Assembly: GCA_973895155.1 (NCBI GenBank)
Contig: OZ316898.1
Coordinates: forward strand, 1,056,751-1,120,750
DNA: 64,000 nt
Source: Marsupella aquatica
Lineage: Eukaryota; Plantae; Marchantiophyta
Reading direction: 5' to 3'
Shown here piece after piece: positions 37,046 to 50,389 of the stretch; the first letter of the stretch is position 1; each line of letters opens with the position of its first letter. A model generated the notes under the pieces. The model was given only the letters and a program-made list of their open reading frames with translations, did no database searches and had not been told where the DNA came from. Both the position numbers and the translations under genes were made by a program.

Positions 37046-37843
37046 ATGGATTCGGATTCACATTTCGGTAGGAAGGAGGCATTGCGCCGGCGATTCCGAG
37101 AAATGCAGCTTGTTGAACCAAGCCAGACCGATGACCAAGAGATGGTCGATCCCAATCCCAATCCAGATTTAGGGGACGCAGTGACACCAGAAGTGCAAGA
37201 AACGCAGCTTCGCGAGCTATTGTTCGGAAGTCTCGCGAGTCGTCTTCATGGGCCTTCACTTTCAAGTCAGGCGGACTTGAATGTTCCAATTGAATCATTG
37301 TTCCCGCGATTGTCCGAACTGGAAGGGATGGATCCGTTCGGAGAGGCACTGCTAGAGGCGTTACGTCCTGCACCGGTCCTCGACTTTGAAAATCTTCCTT
37401 GTGAGGCTACAATGGAAGGAGAAGCGGAGCTATTGTCCTCACTCCCCCCCTTACCCAGCATAGAGGCATCCACCATAGATGAGTATTTGGAGGAACTTGT
37501 TGTGAAGAGGGAAACTACAGACCCGGTGTTGAATAAGATGTACATGCTACTGAAGGGCCTTACTTCAGCCGGTTTGCCAACTGCTTCGTTGTCACGAGAC
37601 TTCAAACGCGTCCAAGAAATGGTTACAGCCAACATGCTTAGGCAGAGTTGCAGATCTTTGGTTGAAAAGGAGCCGGAAAGTGAACGAAGGGTGGTGGATG
37701 CGAATTACATGGATGCAGTTAGTAAGAACATCAAGAAGTTTGTACGTGAAAATTCTACAGCAGGCAGGGACGGGGAGGTTCATCATAATGCAACGTCGAT
37801 TTCGCCTTCGTGTACGAATCAACCTGTCACATTTCGATTGTAG
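37046..37843 (+). CDS. orphan protein Q3 (265 aa from ATG), unknown function
   Basis: Long open frame conserved without frameshift in the paralog 51624-52637, while flanking DNA has many indels. No recognisable domain. Confidence 0.65.
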   Translation: MDSDSHFGRKEALRRRFREMQLVEPSQTDDQEMVDPNPNPDLGDAVTPEVQETQLRELLFGSLASRLHGPSLSSQADLNVPIESLFPRLSELEGMDPFGEALLEALRPAPVLDFENLPCEATMEGEAELLSSLPPLPSIEASTIDEYLEELVVKRETTDPVLNKMYMLLKGLTSAGLPTASLSRDFKRVQEMVTANMLRQSCRSLVEKEPESERRVVDANYMDAVSKNIKKFVRENSTAGRDGEVHHNATSISPSCTNQPVTFRL

Positions 37844-38013
37844 CTGCACTGCTTTTCAAAAATTGGCTCGGCCGTCAATCGTTGACAGTATAGCAGCAAT
37901 CGGCAATACCACATAATTGTCGCCAATTCGGTAGAATAGTTTTCTTGCCTCCGCCTTCCGTGAAGGTATGAAATTATGAGGTATATATTTCTATATTAGT
38001 ATTTCTATGTTAG

Positions 38014-39177
38014 GGTGAACAGCGAGCTAAGGTACTACTCTTTTATTGGCAAAGCCTCTGCAGTCCCTTTCGGAGAACGCACTTTGCGTGTGGAGAATTT
38101 GGAGCTATCCTTGGGTTTCTACTGCGGTGTCTTCGGTAAGTTACAGAATGTTTGATATACGAATTCCTAGCTAGCTCGCTGGTAATGAATTCCTAATGAG
38201 GTTACAATCGCGTAAAATATAGCGAACCGGATCGACCTATTTAAAGAAGCTCAACCCGTCTTTCATTGGTTATCTGAGTGGACTTGTAATTGATTTGTGC
38301 TGACCACGGGTTTTGGGATCGCGCATACAGGAATGAGACAGAGCCTGAATCCATCCGACCTTCCCTACCATGGGGCTTGGTTGTTTTTCGGAAGTGAGGG
38401 GATTTTTCTCCTGGAGGTTTCAAACCCTGATATAGTGACAGGTCTCACTGTGGATGGAAACTTTACTAGTCACGCTCGCATCAACTGCGGGAACGTTGAG
38501 TGTGTTAGAGTGGAACTCCAAAATGCAGGTTTGGTTAACTATCGAAGAAATAATTGCTCGCCGCCGCCGGAAAGTAGTGAAAATAAAAGAGTCGAGTCGG
38601 ATCGATAATATTGAAATCAGATAAGTTAGTGTTTCCACTGAAAAGAAGAAATTGCTCGCCGGCGGAAAAGAATGAAAATTATGAAGTCGAGAAGTCCGAT
38701 CGCTAGTATCGAACTGAGAGAAGTTTGAAATTCATGTTTGAACCGAATGTGTATTCATCGTCATATCAATGCATGAACAGACTATTTAACTCGGAATGTT
38801 AGCTCGGGCAGTACTGAGTCGTTAAAACACTACAGTACGGTACTGCTGATTGCCCAAATGTTTATTGTCTGTGTACAGGAATTCCATACCAGCAGAGCAT
38901 GCCCGAGACCAGCGCACGGCCATCGCTCACCACCCACGATCCCGACGGCAATTCCTTGGAATTCATCGAGATGGAAGCGTTGCCGTCGACCGAAGACTCT
39001 TCGAATGAAGACGAAGACGAACTCCAGTCCATGTTGGAGAGGGCATCCGCAGAACTCGACCGCCAACTGGACCTCCTCGCAATAGACTCGCTCCAAGAGC
39101 AAATTCGCGAGCTCCAACGAGATCTAGAGGGAGCTAGGAGCAACAGAAAGGAAAAAATGAAGGTTGACAGAAATTAG
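38014..39177 (+). CDS. three phase-compatible exons (38014-38135, 38331-38528, 38879-39177) ending in an acidic/coiled-coil segment; possibly the 3' part of Q3
   Basis: AG|G...TTCG|GTAAGT, ACAG|GA...GCAG|GT and ACAG|GA joins give one open frame VNSELRYYSF...YCGVFG MRQSLNP...ELQNAG IPYQQSMPETS...VDRN*. Splice sites and exon lengths are identical in the second copy. The link to the upstream ORF was not resolved. Confidence 0.6.
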
Positions 39178-39989
39178 CACTGTTCAGTGCTCAGTAGTCA
39201 AGGAACGACTCGTGTTGCAAAGATATTCGAGTATTATCAGTCTTCCTCAGTCTGCTAGCTAAGCCCACTTGTTCGGGCATTGCTTCCTGTTCCATCCGGA
39301 ACACGGATGAATTAGACTTGAGCAATCGGTCTAAGCTCGAGCGATAGAATTTCATAGGTCCAATCATGTTGTGAGATAGTTTGGTGGTCTACCTTCGACA
39401 ACATTGGTTTTCCTTTTGTAGAGAGGTTTTGCAGGCCTGATCGAGGCTTCTGAGTTTTTCATTCGGCGTAGGACACAATTTTGGCTTTTCGGGCCTGAAA
39501 TTTTCCCCCTTTCAGGTAGCTCGGTTTTTCCCTTAGCGGATTCGGAATAAAGTTATGGGGCTCGGTTATGTCATTGCTCAAGCGGCCTCATGAATCCAGA
39601 TCCATATGTATCTCAGTCTGATATTATGTCCAGATGTATCTCTAATGTTACGTGGAAGATCAAGCAGGGCGGTAGTGCAAGGATGTATTGCTCGAGTGAT
39701 CAGTAAGTGAGTGAATATTAACATCGAATGCTTGTGGTGTCAATGGAGGAATATATACTGACAGAAACACTTTTCTCATTTGCACCAATGAACACTGAGA
39801 AAAGCACCGAAATATCGTTTTCGACGCCAAAAGAAATGATACACTTAACTAAGGCCTGAATTTAGTCGAAGTTAGATATTACACTTGTAATGAGACCCTT
39901 GAACGGTTCTCAAGACAGTCCTCCCTGCCCACCCCCCTATATTAGAGACTATAATCAGCCCCATGGCCAACCATCCCCATAGTTGAGTC

Positions 39990-40560
39990 CTTACTTAGAT
40001 AATTTGGATTCCTTGACTTGGCACAAACAACCAAATGTCTCACAAACCCTTCAACTTGCCAGGAATAGATTTCCAAGTCATTTAAAGCTTTTTTAGCTAG
40101 GTAGCCCTTCCAATTTGGCGTGAACAACCAAACAGTTTCATGATATATAACACTAACTTCCAACTAGCCAGGAGTAACCAAATGCTCTAAAGCTCTTCCA
40201 AGTTGGCATGAACAAATTAGAAATACTCTCAAAACCTTCCAAGCTGACATTAATTAAGAGCCAAATGCTTCTGGGACTTTTGCAAGTTGGTATTAACAAT
40301 AAGCCAAGTGCTTAATTCTAAGCCCTAACAACGCACAGGGCCTCCAAGTTGGCATGAATTAAAATTCTTAATAAACCTTTTATAATTATATTTTAACCCT
40401 TTTAACCTCGCACCAACAACCAGATGCCTCCCAAACCCTTCCAACTTGAATAACCAAATGCTTTTGTAACCCTAGCTTCAAAAAAAACTTGGCATAAACA
40501 ACCAGTGAGATACTTTCATATATTAATATTACCCTTCCAACTTGGTATCAATAGCCAGAT
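39990..40560. repeat. degenerate ~40-45-bp tandem repeat (CTTCCAA.TTGGCATGAACAACCAAATGCT); longer copy at 54750-55570
   Basis: Repeated CCAA(G/C)TTGG...AACCAAATGC cores. Confidence 0.7.
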
Positions 40561-41634
40561 GATTGGTTAAATTAGAGCTATTAATTCTTATTTCTCTACA
40601 AACACAAAATGAATTTTGTTATAAATTCTTTACGCTTGAGTTACCAGGGGTAACTCCCTATCCCTACAATTCACTGGCGCTGGGACTCCAGGGCATTGGC
40701 CCCATATACTGTATATATCAAGGGAACTTACTATACTTGGTTTTACTCCAACAACCCAATACTCCAATTCTTCCACTCTTAATTTAGCTTTCCTGTTGGC
40801 CTGGCTGCCACCAAAATTTTCAAGCATGAAACCCAACTTCATTCAAGCATTAAGCATGACATCCAGATATTTTATTTCCAGCATATCAGTTTAACTCAAA
40901 AACCATGGGCATGCGCATTGGAAAACTGGAAGATCCAATGAAATTTTTTCTGACTTGCATTTAAAACAGTTGGGTGGTTTCACTTCTACTTACTACACAT
41001 ATGATTTCTGTTCCCTTAATATTGTTTCAAACCATGAGCCTTTGAAACCAACATGCATGCACTTTATTTGGGTATGTCCAAAAATCATATCCAAAATACT
41101 AATTAGTAAGGTAAGAATGTGGGGATTGATGTGATGCACCCAGCCCTCTAATAGGATCACTTTAGCCGATCTTTGTTCATAACATTGGGGATTACATGAT
41201 TATATAAACAAGGCTTTTCCCAAATCTATGGGCTTTTTCAAAGTTTTGGGCTAAGTAATTCAAGCATCTCAATTCATGGTTTCAGGTAAGTCTTTGAAGT
41301 ATTAGTACTACATTCCTAAAAGTTTTGGGGATGACTAAAGTATAAGTAACTCAGATTTGGGGACCAGTCACATTGATGCAAGATAGTGGGTAAATGATTA
41401 TCCAGGCAATTAAAGACAGACTAGAGCCTCCTGTATCAAACTAGGCCCAAATTAACCAATTTGACCAAGTTGATGTTTTGGAGAGTCTATCTGATACAAG
41501 ATGCTCTATGCAAGGCATGGGCATCCTATGCATACCTAGCTTGTAACTTATCAAGACTAAGCAGGATACTATAAGAGGTAGATTATGAACACGGGGTGAA
41601 CACTAAATAGAATATAGATTCTTCTTGGCGGGCC

Positions 41635-41929
41635 CTCGGGGGTCTCACTATATGGAGACCTCCCCAACACCTGCGACGTTTTTAGGCCTTGGACCCCCTA
41701 AAATGTAAGAAAAAAATTATTTTTTATCCCCTATAAAGTTAGAGTATTCTTCGAATATTCCAAAATTTTGATTAAAAAGACCCTAATGTTCTTCTAAATC
41801 TCAAAATTGGATTTAAATGATCATATTATTCTTCTACAAAAACTCTTAAGTCTTCCCTCAAAACCAATAAAACAACCTTATACTTTGTTGCACGTGATAT
41901 GCTTTTTTTGTGAAAGTGAAACCCCTGCG
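41635..41929. mobile_element. non-autonomous DNA transposon with 8-bp TSD (hAT-like MITE family A)
   Basis: Ends CTCGGGGGTCTCAC / GTGAAACCCCTGCG; TSD GGCGGGCC / AGCAGGCC; empty site AGCGGGCT at ~56917. Related copies at 48212-48479 (inverted), with partial ones at ~33170-33350, ~46630-46800 and ~56640-56682. Confidence 0.75.
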
Positions 41930-42757
41930 AGCAGGCCGGGGGTATCACTGCTAGGGAGACAACTTTTGAACTTAGAGTTCAACTGAGACATTGAATCTTT
42001 TGGGCATTCTTAATTTAATTTGCACCCCTTCTAGGCAAAGACTCAAGCCTTGTGCATCAAACTAAGCACAAATTAAACCATGTTGATGCTTTGGAGACAC
42101 CTGGTACTGGTTTGTAAAAGAGACTCGTACATGTATGCTAGTACAAAGTGTATGAGGGAAACGTCTTAACAATGCCTGGAGGAGGCTGGATAGGTAGGAT
42201 AGCATTTGGTAGTAATCCAGGTGATTGACATCACAACCCAACACCCATCAATTGGCCTGCGCTGGCCATAGGGCCCCTCAGGTGTGGGAAGGAATTCAAC
42301 ATAATAAGTTTCCCATGCCCTGAGGTTGTTTCATGAAGCACCAATACAGGCTTTGAATCTTGGAGGGACAGTGCATGGGTGAGAGTGCAAGATTTGAGCA
42401 GTACTTTTGATGGTCAAACTGGTTTGAAACTGTTGGTGCACAATGTTTGAATGGGGGAACTCAAGAGGTTAGAAGCTAATCTTCTGTACGTGAGCATCGA
42501 TGGCCCGAGCACGGTGTTTGAATGGGTCGGGGAGCTTACGCTTGAAGCTTAATATCTTGTGTGCTTGAGCTTTGGCCTGAAACTCTTGCGCCTGACTTAG
42601 CTAGGGTTATGTGGCTTTGAATTGGGGTGGTGGCATTATTTCTTCATAGTGTTTGTCATCTTCTCCTTCCACACAATTCAAAGTAAGTTGGTTCAAGTGT
42701 GACTGGGTGTGTGAGTATACACATTATTCCTCTCTTGATCTTAAATAGGCTAGGTTA

Positions 42758-42760
<3 letters not shown>

Positions 42761-42803
<43 letters not shown>
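42761..42803. repeat. (CT)n microsatellite
   Basis: Directly visible. Confidence 0.95.
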
Positions 42804-42807
<4 letters not shown>

Positions 42808-45800
42808 GACAAAAGAAAATTGAATTACCCATTTTAAATCAGTATTATAGAAATACCTCAAAAACCAATATACGGACATGTTTATACATATAAAATATAA
42901 GTATTTTTTGACTTACACTTACATTTATGCACATAAATAAATATACTAATTTTCTGACACATGCACCACCATTCGATCTTAACGCTAAGAGATGTTGAGT
43001 ACATCTACCACTCAAATAAAATACCCTAGATCTGACAGTCACCATAGGGTTTCGGACCCCACAAAGAAAACCTAAAATGTCTCAGGACCTACGCAACCTT
43101 CTTTAAAAGTGCACTGTTCACTCTCTACAATTATTCTCTTGGCACAACACTCTGGTATCTTGCACTGACGCACTTTCTGACTGCACATCATTTTCAATGT
43201 TCTGTTCACACACTGCACTACGTGGGCCAGGACATTCTCCTGCCATGTACTCTGTGCCCTATGCTCTGCCCCAATAGATGCTTATGATATAGTTTTTCTA
43301 AGTACATCGTACTCAAGGTAACCAAGTCAATCAACGAGACCTCTTACACAACTCCAGTACACGAAAAATGGCCCGGGTGCAACAGGTATGACCTTGTTCT
43401 TTTCTATGTTGTATGATTTCTTTTATATTTCTTGTGCTAGCCTTGAACTGATTACGCGTCTCCCCGTTACCGCCTGGGCTTTGGTAGCAGAAACGTGTAG
43501 CTTGAATCTGTCCTAAGTTTGACTGGATTCTCCCCATGGATGGGGGCTAAAAGACGACCATGGGGCCTGCAATGTAGCCCGTGTCACCTACATTTTCAGT
43601 TCAGGATGATGGTCTACATCAATCTGTATGACAGACAGATATGATGAACCGCTACCTTCTGGCTTGATCTGATCAAGACAAGTCTTTATTGTAAAGAAAA
43701 TATATATTTTTTCTTCAATATTTGTCTCAATACTAACCTATGCTAATCTCTCTCTGGTGCTGTCATCCACAATGCAGAGTTACCTCTATGCTAATACTTG
43801 TGATGTACCTTTTTCTCCTGATTTTTTTAACTTTGATTAAATATTTCTCAATGACGCATGAATACACACATCTCATAATGCTCTGTTCTGTTACAACACA
43901 TATCATGATGTCACTACTTTATCTTTTCATATTACTTACTTGGAATATAACTCCTTTTCGTATGACCCATTGTTTACCGCATATCAAACTTCTACTTGTC
44001 CTCCCATGACATACCATCTGCATTCGGTAACTTGTGAATTTCTGACATGAATGATTTGGTGGATATCATATCCAATAAAGATACTCCCTCTACCAATCTG
44101 TGTGACTAAACCATATGCTCTGTGTGGATATGGTCTCGTCTTGACGGTGGCCTTGACTGGGTGTGTATAAGCTACTCTTTATGATCTCTCTCTCTCTCTG
44201 TATCATAAGAGGAACATGGTTGATATAGGGGAATAAAGCCAGCATAATGGATAACCCGATATTGGGCATCCTCAGTCCTAGGAGGGACTAACCCCCAGAC
44301 CAATATAACACATGAAACTTTACCTTCGTCAACATTTCAGAGGTATCAGGGACCACCAAATAAGTGGCCGCCCCCAAAAACGGGATTTGGGAGTATTACC
44401 CTAGTAAAAAAAAATTTATAAAAAAAAAAATGCCGCCAAAGCAACGGCGCCACTTATCCTGCCCTGATTACTTAGGCAAAGCACCCCGGGGGTATTCTAT
44501 GCTACGAAACAGTCTTCAGTCACTAAACAGTGCTAACACTGTACAAAAATCCTGAATGCTCTGGCTGCTTTACGGACTATGCTCTGGCAGAGCTACGCAC
44601 AGCACTCTGCAACCTGAAGGGAATTGTGGCTCCATAGTGAGCACTACTCGTGGGAGGGGACGACAGCATCTGACCAGTATACCATGGGCGACAAAAACAA
44701 AAAGGTGATATGACTTGAGACATAAGATGGTCACTTTTCGTTCGTCTTACAGCTTGATTTCTTATGGTAATCGTTTAGAATATGGCCAATGCCTAAAATG
44801 GTGATGTGACTCTTTTTTTCCTAGACCATGTCTCCCCGTAGCCGTCTGGACAATGCTACAGAAACATGGAACATGAAATCACGACATTTACGTCTAATTT
44901 CTGCCCGGTGATGGGGGCTGAATGAAGGCACCGGGTATGTGGATCATCTCGGTCACATGATCCCTAGGGAAAAAGTATGGCCTATGCTCTGTGTCCATGA
45001 CCTGACATTTGAGTAAGCTGTCCGTCGCACTGCAATCTCAATACATTTGATTGCAATAGGATATCGTCTTATAGTTAGGAGCAGTTCAAACTAACCTCTG
45101 TCGCTGAAGACATCGACACTATTTTTCCTTAATGATGCTATGCAAAATCTATTGTCTTATGCACATAAAGTTATATGCGCTAACAAGAAACTTACGGAGC
45201 AACCGTCTCGATAGGTGTATGGGTTGTATTTATGGATCTATGATATAGATATATTTATTTATAAGGATATGTACATTGGTAACAATCGGACTTGATATTT
45301 ATCGGGGTGTGATGGTATGTGTATACATATGTTTTTAGATCTCTCTCTCTCTCCCGACTCTCTGTGGATTGGTACTATCTTCAGACTCTTTCCAGACTCT
45401 GTCCAGATCGGTGGACTCTCTCCAGACTCTCTCCAGATCGGGATATATGCTCTCCAAACTTTTTCAGTATGTAAGTCAATGAATCTGATTTATTGAATAC
45501 TAACAACTTGTATTACGTGACCCTCTACATTTTATATCAGTGCACAGGTTCATACTAAGAATTTGTGTTAATTAAACTGCAATACATTGATCAAGATATA
45601 TTGGTGCCCATCTATAAACCTCTCATGCCAAACTTTTTTGCAGGTGCCAGGGAGGCGTGCCCGCAAGAAAGTATGGAAATGTGTTTTTTCAGAGGTATCA
45701 AAAACCTTCATTTGATCCTTTGCCCCGTCCTTTGCAACTCAGCAATTTTTTGTCCGGGATAATAGCTTTGCTGATGAAGGCCAGGCAACTCAGTTTGTTT

Positions 45801-47255
45801 AACAAGATATAGATGGGGAAGTTCTCTTAGGGATCTGCCAACGAGCCTATCTCAGTCTTGGGTTATACGTTTGATATAAAGCTACGGACCCATCTTGTGA
45901 ATTTAGAGTTTTGACTTTAGAGCCAGTTGAGAAATTATGCCCTGTTCCTACATGGGGGCAAGGGGTACCCTGGAGTTTAAAAGGGAGTGTGACTGAATGA
46001 GGGGAAATCACTGCAATTTTTGTACACCCCCTTAGGCCCTGGAAAACCTGTATCTTATTGGCTTCAACATTCTGACACACATCTGGATTCCTCACTCCCA
46101 ACGGAATGGAACATTGCCCTTCATGTAAGTTATTCTTTAATGTTATCATACTAACTACCTCAATACATCAATGTGGGTTTGCATATATAGAACATGTTGC
46201 TAAAAGATGTCAATGTGCAAAATATGTTCATGGATTTTTAATGATACAGTGGACCAATTCAAGATGTTGCATGAAGGACTGAGGTAGTTGCGTAAAAGAG
46301 GTCATTGACACACAAAAACTTGTTGCATTAAATATTAAGGGTTTCATTGCGTTAAAAAAGATGTTTTCAGGTAAAAGCTGTTATTTAGTAAATAATAAAT
46401 GCATGCTGGAGAGGGTACAGTGTACACAATGAAAAAAATGCCTAGTCAATGAAGCAAAAAGAATACACACAATATTCACCGTGCACCCCGCTCTCTAGAG
46501 TTATTGTAAGTTGCAAAAAATAATGGTATTGTTGCAGTAGAAATCCTTGCAGTCAAGCATTCAATGCAAAAGTCAATAAATGAGTAGACATAAATGGGGG
46601 TGCTAAGGCAAGACTTAAAAACATTCAATCTTGGAAGAACTAGATTAGGGTGTTTTAATTAAGCCAGTCTTGAGTCTTGTAACAACATTAATATATTACT
46701 TTTAATCAAATCCTTAGAATATTCCAATAATATTCCTATATTGCAGGGGTAAAAATTACATTTTGGGGGAGCCCTCACTGCGTGTGATGGGGATGCCTTA
46801 GACAGTCTACATATAGTGATATATACCCCCCACCATATACCCTCAAGGACCATTGTGTTGAATTCCTACAAGAGTAATTGAAGTCCTAGTACCAGTTCCA
46901 CTAATAAGCTTTGTAGAGAACAACGATGCAGCAGCAGCAAAGGAAGTTTTACGTTATTTTTTCAATCTTATGCAGAAAAAGTGGAAACACCAACTTTTTT
47001 CAAATTTTGTTCTTTAATTAACATGGCCAACCTTCTAGGTTTAAGGCGGCCTATTATACAAGAGTTGAACACCAGGGCTTTGGAGAGGTCAGGATGGTGC
47101 CCTCGTTGCCAGGAGTATCAATCATTCAATTTGAATATGGCCTAACATGTTAAGAACCGTATAGGAATAGAAAAATTGAAGTATATGTCTGGTGAGATTT
47201 CTTCCGCCACCCCTACCAATACCCTTTTCAGTGGTTGAAGTAAAGTATCTTGAAC

Positions 47256-47727
47256 CCAGGGTATGCAACTCCCCTTTTTATAAGGCAAGTTTTTAATTTC
47301 TTATAATGGCCTTATATCCAATTGACCATCTTAGATTTCATTTTAGTCTACTAAAGTCTTGTACCTCTGAACTCAAGGAATCCAAAAATGTAACTTAAAA
47401 AAAAACCAAACATGTTTTGATGTACAAAAAGTTGATCAAAACCAAATTATATGGTTTTTCTTAATACAGGGGTCTACAGCCAAACTAGCCAGCCTTTTAG
47501 GATTTTTATTAGAATTTTAAAAATCTTTTAATAAAAATTACAATATGTATAGGAATATTTTTATTTTCATATGGACAAAGAAGAAAACCAAACCTTTTAT
47601 ATGACTTGAAAATTTTGAAAATTGGAAAACCCAGGTTTTTCAAATTTTAATTATTTTGTATAGCCAACTTTTTAGTCCATATAAAAATGTAGACCCCTAT
47701 CTATTATATAAGAGTTGCATACCCGGG
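47256..47727. mobile_element. hAT-like MITE family B (472 bp)
   Basis: TIR CCAGGGTATGCAACTC / GAGTTGCATACCCGGG (15/16); perfect 8-bp TSD TCTTGAAC (47248-47255, 47728-47735); empty site in unit 1 at 33940-33947. Confidence 0.92.
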
Positions 47728-48211
47728 TCTTGAACAAGCTACTGAGGGAGGGAGTGATGTTTCTATTAAGAAGGTCCTTGCATGCAAGGGTAACTTTTAC
47801 CTTATTAAAAATATTAAACTTCGGTCAAAGTTTTTTTCTACTGTGGAATTTTGTAACAGGACCCTTTTATTGAAGATGCAAAGTAACTCCACTTCTTTTT
47901 GGCACTGAGATAGTTTGTTCAAAATTCTGGTTTCCATTAATCCCATGCATGCCAAAACAATTAAGATCATGATCTTTTCTCACTAGAGTGAATACTACCC
48001 CACTTTTTGGCCTGTACCCAACAGAAATGTGTCAATTTCCCTCATTTCTTGTCTTTTTTAAGTCTTCGTAACTTTCTTTTTCCTTACCCAAATTCTCTCA
48101 ATCAGATGTTGTCAGGTTGAGCATTTAGAGAAGCTTTGCACTCCACCCTTGCAAGTTTTTTCCTATCAAGCAATGAAAAGTTTGAATTGAGAAAATTTGT
48201 ATGATCAATCA

Positions 48212-48479
48212 CTCAAGGGTTTCATTTCCACAAAAATGACATATCATGTGCGAAGTACAGGGTCATTTTATTGGTTCAAAGGAAAGACTTAAGAATTTTC
48301 TGAGAAGAACAATAGGGTCTTTTGAATCCAATTTGAGACTTATAAGAACATTAGGGTCCTTGTAACCAAAATTTTGGAATATTCCAAGAAAAAATAATTT
48401 GTTTTCCTACATTTTAGAGGTCCAAGGCCTAAAAAAGTTGCAGGTGATGGGGAGGCATCCATATAGTGAGACCCCCGAG
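48212..48479. mobile_element. MITE family A, inverted copy
   Basis: Reverse complement of 41635-41929; flanks ATCAATCA / GTCAGTCG (8 bp, differing only by transitions); absent from unit 1 near 34420. Confidence 0.72.
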
Positions 48480-50389
48480 GTCAGTCGTAATTAAATTGTA
48501 CCATTTGGACCCCTCAAAGATTCAGCCCATGAAGATATTTACCCAGGTTACTAGTGCTATGATTCTCAATGGGGTCTGGGATTATGCTGAAAAATCCCCT
48601 TCACCACAAATTTGCTACCCCATCAAGCAAAGCAAGTACTTACCTAAACCAATGCATTTTGACTTAGACACTGGAAATCTAACCATTTAATCTGAGTGGG
48701 TTGCTTGGACTATTTGAACAGCTCTCTTGTTGGGTACTAAGATTTCATTCAAAGGATCTGCTGGTAACAAAGGTTAACTCCTCAATAGTTTGATTCTAAG
48801 ATGAACCTTGTTTGGTGGATTCACCTTATGAATTTTTTTTCTATTACCCAATCATCCTACCAGCCCTAGTAAACCACCTTATTTCAAATGAACTGGAAGT
48901 TCAAAAGGACAAATTACATGTATTGATACTTGGTGGATCATTTTCCACTTTTGAATGGTTATTTTGCTACTTTTGAGTACTTCATCAAATGAACAAAACC
49001 CCCAAACATGAGCAATGGACACCGTTCAATGACATTTCAATGGGATGATTTTAATCCTCTAGGTACGCTTTAAAAGTCTGAATAGATGCTCTGTGCACAA
49101 CCACACACTACCAAGAAAAACTAAGAGACTTTGAACCAGATCAAACTACCTACTGATAGTTTAAATGCCACCTCAGGAGAGAACATTCTCAAGTTGGCAA
49201 TTTGTTTGTGCCTACGTACCTGGCTGCAAACTTTTCTGTAATGTCCACCCGTTAGATTTGTGCCTAAGTATTGTAACTTGTCCAAAACGTTGCCTTGAAG
49301 GCAATCTAATCCAAACTAGACAAATTAACTTCTAAACCCAAAACAATTTCACGTAGCAGAACTCACAGTCAATAATAGATAATGTGTCATAAGTTCCTAA
49401 AAAGTAAAGTACTTGTGAAAGTTTCCATTCCATCACCACTAATTAATTAACACAACTTAAAAGAGAGCAAAACAATATATTTCCAGTCAAATAATGTGAG
49501 TCTAGATATTTGGTTGGCTCAGCCTTGAACAAACGTATTGCATGTAGTAATCACAAACTCTCAAAACATTAATTGCAATTATTTATATTGAAATATGTGA
49601 TCATTCTTTACTAAGTCACAACCGGGGAAAAAAACCATCAAGAAGAGATAGGATTCCAAAGGCAAAAGACCCAATAAGGGGGAAAAGGCAAAATACCCAT
49701 TAAGGGGGCCTGGAGGAAAGCGGAGAGACCCCAATAAGACCCATCAAGAGGCCTCACCTTTCTTCTTTTAATCGTGAACGGAATACTTTAATTATAAGTC
49801 AAGTAAAACCCAAATAAAACCCAATAAAACAGGGAATGAACAAGCCACACCCCAAACCAGGTCACAGACCTCAAGCCTCGGAAAGACCACACATCCACTT
49901 TTAATCGTGAAAGGAATACTTTAATTATAAGTAAGTAAAACCCAGTAATACAGGGAATAAACAGGCCAGACCCCAAACCTGGTCACAGACCAAAAGCCTC
50001 GCAAGGACCAAACACATTCAGTCAAGTAGGCCCCACCTTTCCAAGAGTAGTAGAGTAGCCCTAAACTCCCAAATGGATAAACCCTGAAGTGGCAATAGGC
50101 TCCACAACAAAGAAACCCTGAACTGGCAATAGGTCGGAACTCGGAAGTACAGGAGCGAGGCCGAATGTTTGGACAGCGGTGCCTTTTCTGGATTTACTCT
50201 TGCAACGTGGCAACCACCCTTGTGAGCCGCCAATTCCGGTCCGGACATACAACAATTCGCGATTAGCTGATGTCACAACCTCATGCCCAGCCTCAGCGCC
50301 CAGCTTCTTCACCAACACTCTCACAGCTTTGGATTCGGGGAGGGGTTTTGTTCCTTCTATTATTTAAGGCCTTCGTGTTGACCTCTCTC

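Larger units (their letters stand above)
32444..42120 (+). repeat. segmental duplication unit 1 (paralogous to 45908-57110)
   Basis: Colinear high identity from GTTTTGACTTTAGAGCCAGTTGAGAA to GGAGACACCTGGTACTGGTTTGTA, differing by MITE insertions and local repeats. Confidence 0.97.

Noticed and set aside
36963-37849. Minus-strand ORFs over Q3 (likewise over Q4, Kelch and the syntaxin)
   Set aside because: Antisense shadows of the main coding frames.
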